Shown here: in pieces, positions 59,606 to 64,000 of the stretch | How the letters are laid out: each line of letters begins with the position of its first letter | How positions within the stretch are numbered: the first letter of the stretch is position 1 | Made by a program: the position numbers and the translations under genes | NCBI GenBank assembly: GCA_040954595.2 | Contig: CM082582.2 | Span: 3,518,303 to 3,582,302 of the forward strand | Direction: 5' to 3' | Source of the DNA: Balanoglossus misakiensis | Taxonomy: Eukaryota > Animalia > Hemichordata | Length of the DNA: 64,000 nt | Notes under the pieces: model-generated | Seen by the model: the letters and a program-made list of their open reading frames with translations, nothing else | Told to the model about the DNA's origin: nothing | Databases searched by the model: none

Positions 59606-62600
59606 TAACAATCATTTCTATGTAATAATTGCTAGCATTTAAATTCACTTTTAGATGTAGGAGTAATACGATTGTTGACAAATAAATAGAAAGATTGATA
59701 ACATGACGATGTTCTCATCAATTTGTCTGCAACGATGAAGCCATCTTTGTGTGCCTTAGTGACGTCATCAGTGTGCGCATGACTCTGTCAATGTGTCTGC
59801 AGAAAATACTGCATCAGTGTCTGCACCAATGAGTCTAAAAATGGATAATATGTATGCGGGATTTGATGCTTGGCAGGAGACAGTGGATTTCATGTCATCG
59901 ATATAGAGTTCTTGTGTCTTGAACACTAAGCCTAAGACTGGTCGCATCACTAATTTCCCTTTTCAATACACCGATCTGATTAAAATCAGGTGTTGGGCGC
60001 CGTCTTTACCTTTGCTGATATAGCGATGTCAAAAATGGACTAAGCGTTGAAGTAAATGAATACAACAGTTCCACCATAGACAGTAGAGGGGGGAAGAGGT
60101 GCAGTTTTACATTCGACTATGGGATTTCCCCCCTCTACTGTCTATGGTTCCACGAATGAATAGAACACTGAGGAAGAGACATAACGGTGTCATGAACGGA
60201 CAATGGCTGTCAGCTTACCCGGTCCCCCACCAGAATGTAAACAGAGAAGTGTGTAAACCTAAAGAGCGCGGACGCTTTCCCTCCCTACTTGGCGGGTCTA
60301 GTGCCAATCCCGCCCGGGGAAGCCAGGAAGACCCGCACGAAGCCGCACGAAGCCCTTCGCCCTTCGCTTGCCCATATGTTACATACAAGTGCGTGCTTGA
60401 ACTGTATTGGGCTGACTGCGGGCGACGGCTGCCAAACGTTTGTATAATGAATACTACATATACTGGTATATAATTGAGTCACAAGTCAGTATATTAAATT
60501 AAAATGCTTTAATAATTCCACTTAAATTTTAATTTATCCTTGAGGTATCAACACAACATTATTACGAATGGTGCTTGTCATCCAGAAAGATTTATTCCTG
60601 ATACTCACAAAATCTGAGTTATTACAAATTTAACGTACAGCATAAACTCCCAAATTAAAATTATTAATATAATTTGACAAATGAAGACTTACCAATCAAT
60701 ATTTATAGTTTTGGCACGCACTTGTGTACGTAAGTGAACGTGTTGAAGGTCCCTGTGACGGGCCACGGCCGTATTGAAACATAAAACTTTGGCAAACGGG
60801 GATCCGTTTTTGTAACCAATGAACAACTCATTCAGGTTATTTTGCATGAGACGTATTGACCAATCACAGCAGGCGCATTAAATCTTCACTATGATCGTTC
60901 CTCTAATCACTTTGTTCACCTACCATGAATACATCTGAAATTGCGAAAATACCATCAAACAAAAATTTCAATGATAAGCAGGAACCGTTGATAATATTAT
61001 GACCAGCAATTAAGTTTTACGCTGGGGTATGCGTTTCTCATTTAGCCATTACCCGAAAACGTCATTACTATAAAAGAACACAAACCGTTGCAGAAACATC
61101 GTCTCCTGGAGTGCAGGTATAAGTGTGATTAAGCCCGTTTGTGTAGTACACATCCTATTAGACCAAGGTTTGGGAAGAACTACTGTATCCTGCAAATTTA
61201 GAGTCTATCCCGCGTGGCAACGAGGAGCGACAAAGAAGGTGAGTGACTCTGATGAGAAAAACTGCATCGTAATGATTGTGAAAAACGATTTACAGTGAGC
61301 ACTTTACGTTCTGAGGCGACGGCAACCATGTTGATGTTTCCGCGATCCGTCGGGATCACATTGTCGTCGTATGCAGTCAGAGATACCTTGGGATACATTC
61401 AACAAGGAATGGACTCCCACTTGTAATGACTTCGGCCATTACATTTGTGAAGGTCACAATTCATTATACAGGTGGAAAAGATTGCTTAAATTCATTTAAA
61501 ACCATTACCTTTCTGTGAAATTATCGCTTTAGTGAATATGTTTGCATTAAGTTCTGACGCAGAACAAAAAAGTTTTCTATTCTGATTTGAATTCTGAATC
61601 GCTTTGGGCTTTTCTTTATACTGTAATGAGTGGTATTCCCTAGACAACCTTTGGGGCACAAAGATCACCTCTATATTTACTTCGAGTATAGTATAATGAG
61701 TGTGTTTGATATGAAATGATAGTCTAAGTTGAATGTGTTGGCTGCCTATCGTTCAATGCGACATGAACATCAATGTGATAATGACGTCACTTAAAATATC
61801 TATTATTCGGTTTGTTTTAACAGTGGAGAGTGAAAGCGAAAATTGTGATTATTGAATGATTATTGAACGGTGGCAGCCATATTCGCTTGCGGCAAAGCTT
61901 TACTATTTATCTGGTTAAAACTTGCATATGCACTCATATATTAAGGTTTATAATGCTTGTGTATAGTTCACTGCCTTCATCTGCATGGACTAATGGTAGT
62001 ACAGTTTGAAACAAAAATTATGATAATTATCCCAAAAGTTACAGCTTATGTGCGTAAGTACCTAAACTTGCTAGATATGGAGCTGGGATTAAGTGTGATC
62101 TTGATTGACAGTATAAATACCGTAGTCTTGATCATATCATGACCTGGTATAGTAAACACTGGTCTAAACAGTCATATGCATGGCGTAAAACAGAATACAC
62201 CACGTCATTTCAGTTTTACAAGATTTGCTGGTATGCCGTAAGTGAATTGCGATTCGTGACAGAACGGTCGTTTTGAATCGATCACTGCTTCATTTCATGT
62301 TTGACAGAAACCTATTAAAATCATTCTACGCTCGATTGAAGTAAATGTCCATTAGGCTTCGAAATAATCATAACTGGAGGGCTGACACTTAAGCTGGTTG
62401 AAATTGTGTCGGTATTAATAATCAATCTTGATAGTTATCGACGAATAGGTAGGGAGTCGACTGGAAGTAAAATAGATAAGAGCGGGATATGGGGGTGGGG
62501 TTACAACAGACAGACAGACAGACAGACGGAAATGGCGACAGATAGATAGGCGAAGACAGGCACCGACAGGAGGGAGAGACACAGACAGATACAGAGAGAC

Positions 62601-64000
62601 ACACAGATATATAGAGATATTTAAATCTATATATATATTATCAGAATTGTGATTTCTTTGCTTTGAATTCGTTACGTTTGACATATTTTGGTAGCTTTGC
62701 AATGAAATGCTGACTTCCTCTGTGCTTTTCCCGATATCATTTATCGACAATGACATCACAATATGTCAGTCGAAAGTAATTTTTGAGATCCTCATGCATG
62801 TATATGAAGTCAGGAAGGTACAGGCTGAAGGCTTGGCTCCCTTGGGTTTCCCGTATCGTCTAACATTATACAGATGTGTTCTTACTATGAATCCAGTTTA
62901 ACCGTCTACCCTTTTTTAATTGTAAGTATATCACTTGAAATAGAATGCTTCTTTTCAATGTTCACCTCCTCACTTACAAAGCTTTGAAAGGCACCGCACC
63001 TGATTACCTAACTTCACTCATCCAATGTAATAACCCTATGAGATCTCTTCGTTCACCTGATGAGCCTACAGGCTATTGTGATCGTTCATTCTCGTGTGCC
63101 GCTTCTTAGACTCTCTCACAGCCCACGGTTCGCTACGCTCCCTAAACCGTTTGGCAAGGGAGAAGCACCGTTTGGTGTTGTGTAGCTAACCTTAGCACAC
63201 ATGCAATCAGTCCATAAGCCTGCATGGACGACGAGAGGGGCTGTGAGAGAGTCTAGCCGCTTCAACACTGTGGAAAGAACTGCCCAATAACATTCGATCA
63301 GCATCAAATACATCGTAGTTTGTACAATGCACTCAAGTTTCTAATTCTAAACTTAAGACCTATATTTTCAGAGAGAGCATACTCATGCCATACTTTGTAA
63401 AGCGCCAGTGAACATTTTGTTCATGGAAATCAGGCGATATATAAATTCATTGTCGTATGATGAGTTTCCAGCTCTGAAGAACAGGGAATACATTGTGTGA
63501 AAAAGTAACACTTAATTTTGTATGAATTGCCCACGAGAGCTCACATGTTCCCTTGGTTTTTCCAGATTAGGAAACTTTTAAATCTTGTCTCTTAATCATA
63601 TATGGATTCGTCTATTTTGAGTTTAATGTTGAAAGTTTGCATGGATTTAACATTTTGGTCACATTTTATCTAAATGTCCTTGTATGGAAGTGATTCTCCC
63701 GGCAAAGCGCTTGCACAAACTTCATACGACTCTCCTCTGAATGCCTGAATAAGCATAAGTGACCTTCCCCACATTGCATCAGCCCCTAACTTAAAACCCC
63801 TACAGCTACCAAATTTCACATATTTTGTCCATAATAAAATACTTCAAATCTATTACCTATCTCAATAAAATCCTTACCATTAAGCCATATTTCTTGTACA
63901 TGCATTTGCATCAGTTTGTCATCTTTGGGGACAGTTACCACGATGGATGCGTATTGTTTGTATGGAGGCTGATTAAATCGGTACGGCACCGGTTTAATAC
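59606..64000 (+). repeat. Segmental duplication block, copy 2 of 44191-48435 (runs off the window)
   Basis: Near-identical collinear sequence. Confidence 0.95.
63107..63255. mobile_element. 149-bp MITE with 9-bp TSD
   Basis: GCCGCTTCT|TAGACTCTCTCACAGCCC...GGGCTGTGAGAGAGTCTA|GCCGCTTCA. Absent from the paralogous site at about 47685-47693. Confidence 0.88.

Overview
Eukaryotic, AT-rich, intron-rich animal DNA. The gene content suggests a marine invertebrate deuterostome, which is an inference. From left to right: (1) a minus-strand IFIT-like TPR gene (2 coding exons, about 785 aa) with an extra C-terminal domain of about 165 aa whose motif pattern (R-x-x-L-D ... P-F-F ... Q-P ... N-x-x-K-H) resembles HEPN-like RNase domains of prokaryotic proteins, the most interesting feature here; (2) a 590-bp foldback element with a 9-bp TSD just upstream of it; (3) a 5'-truncated, decayed LINE; (4) a ZFAT-like zinc finger/AT-hook gene (3 coding exons); (5) a complete 19-exon ELMO/CED-12 gene with one GC-AG intron and an intronic 239-bp tandem array; (6) a cluster of secreted EPN-type C-type lectin genes built by recent segmental duplications, with one breakpoint exactly at a MITE end. 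Many MITEs and microsatellites are present, and several insertions are confirmed by empty paralogous sites inside the window. Exon models and family assignments were made by eye; no database searches were run.
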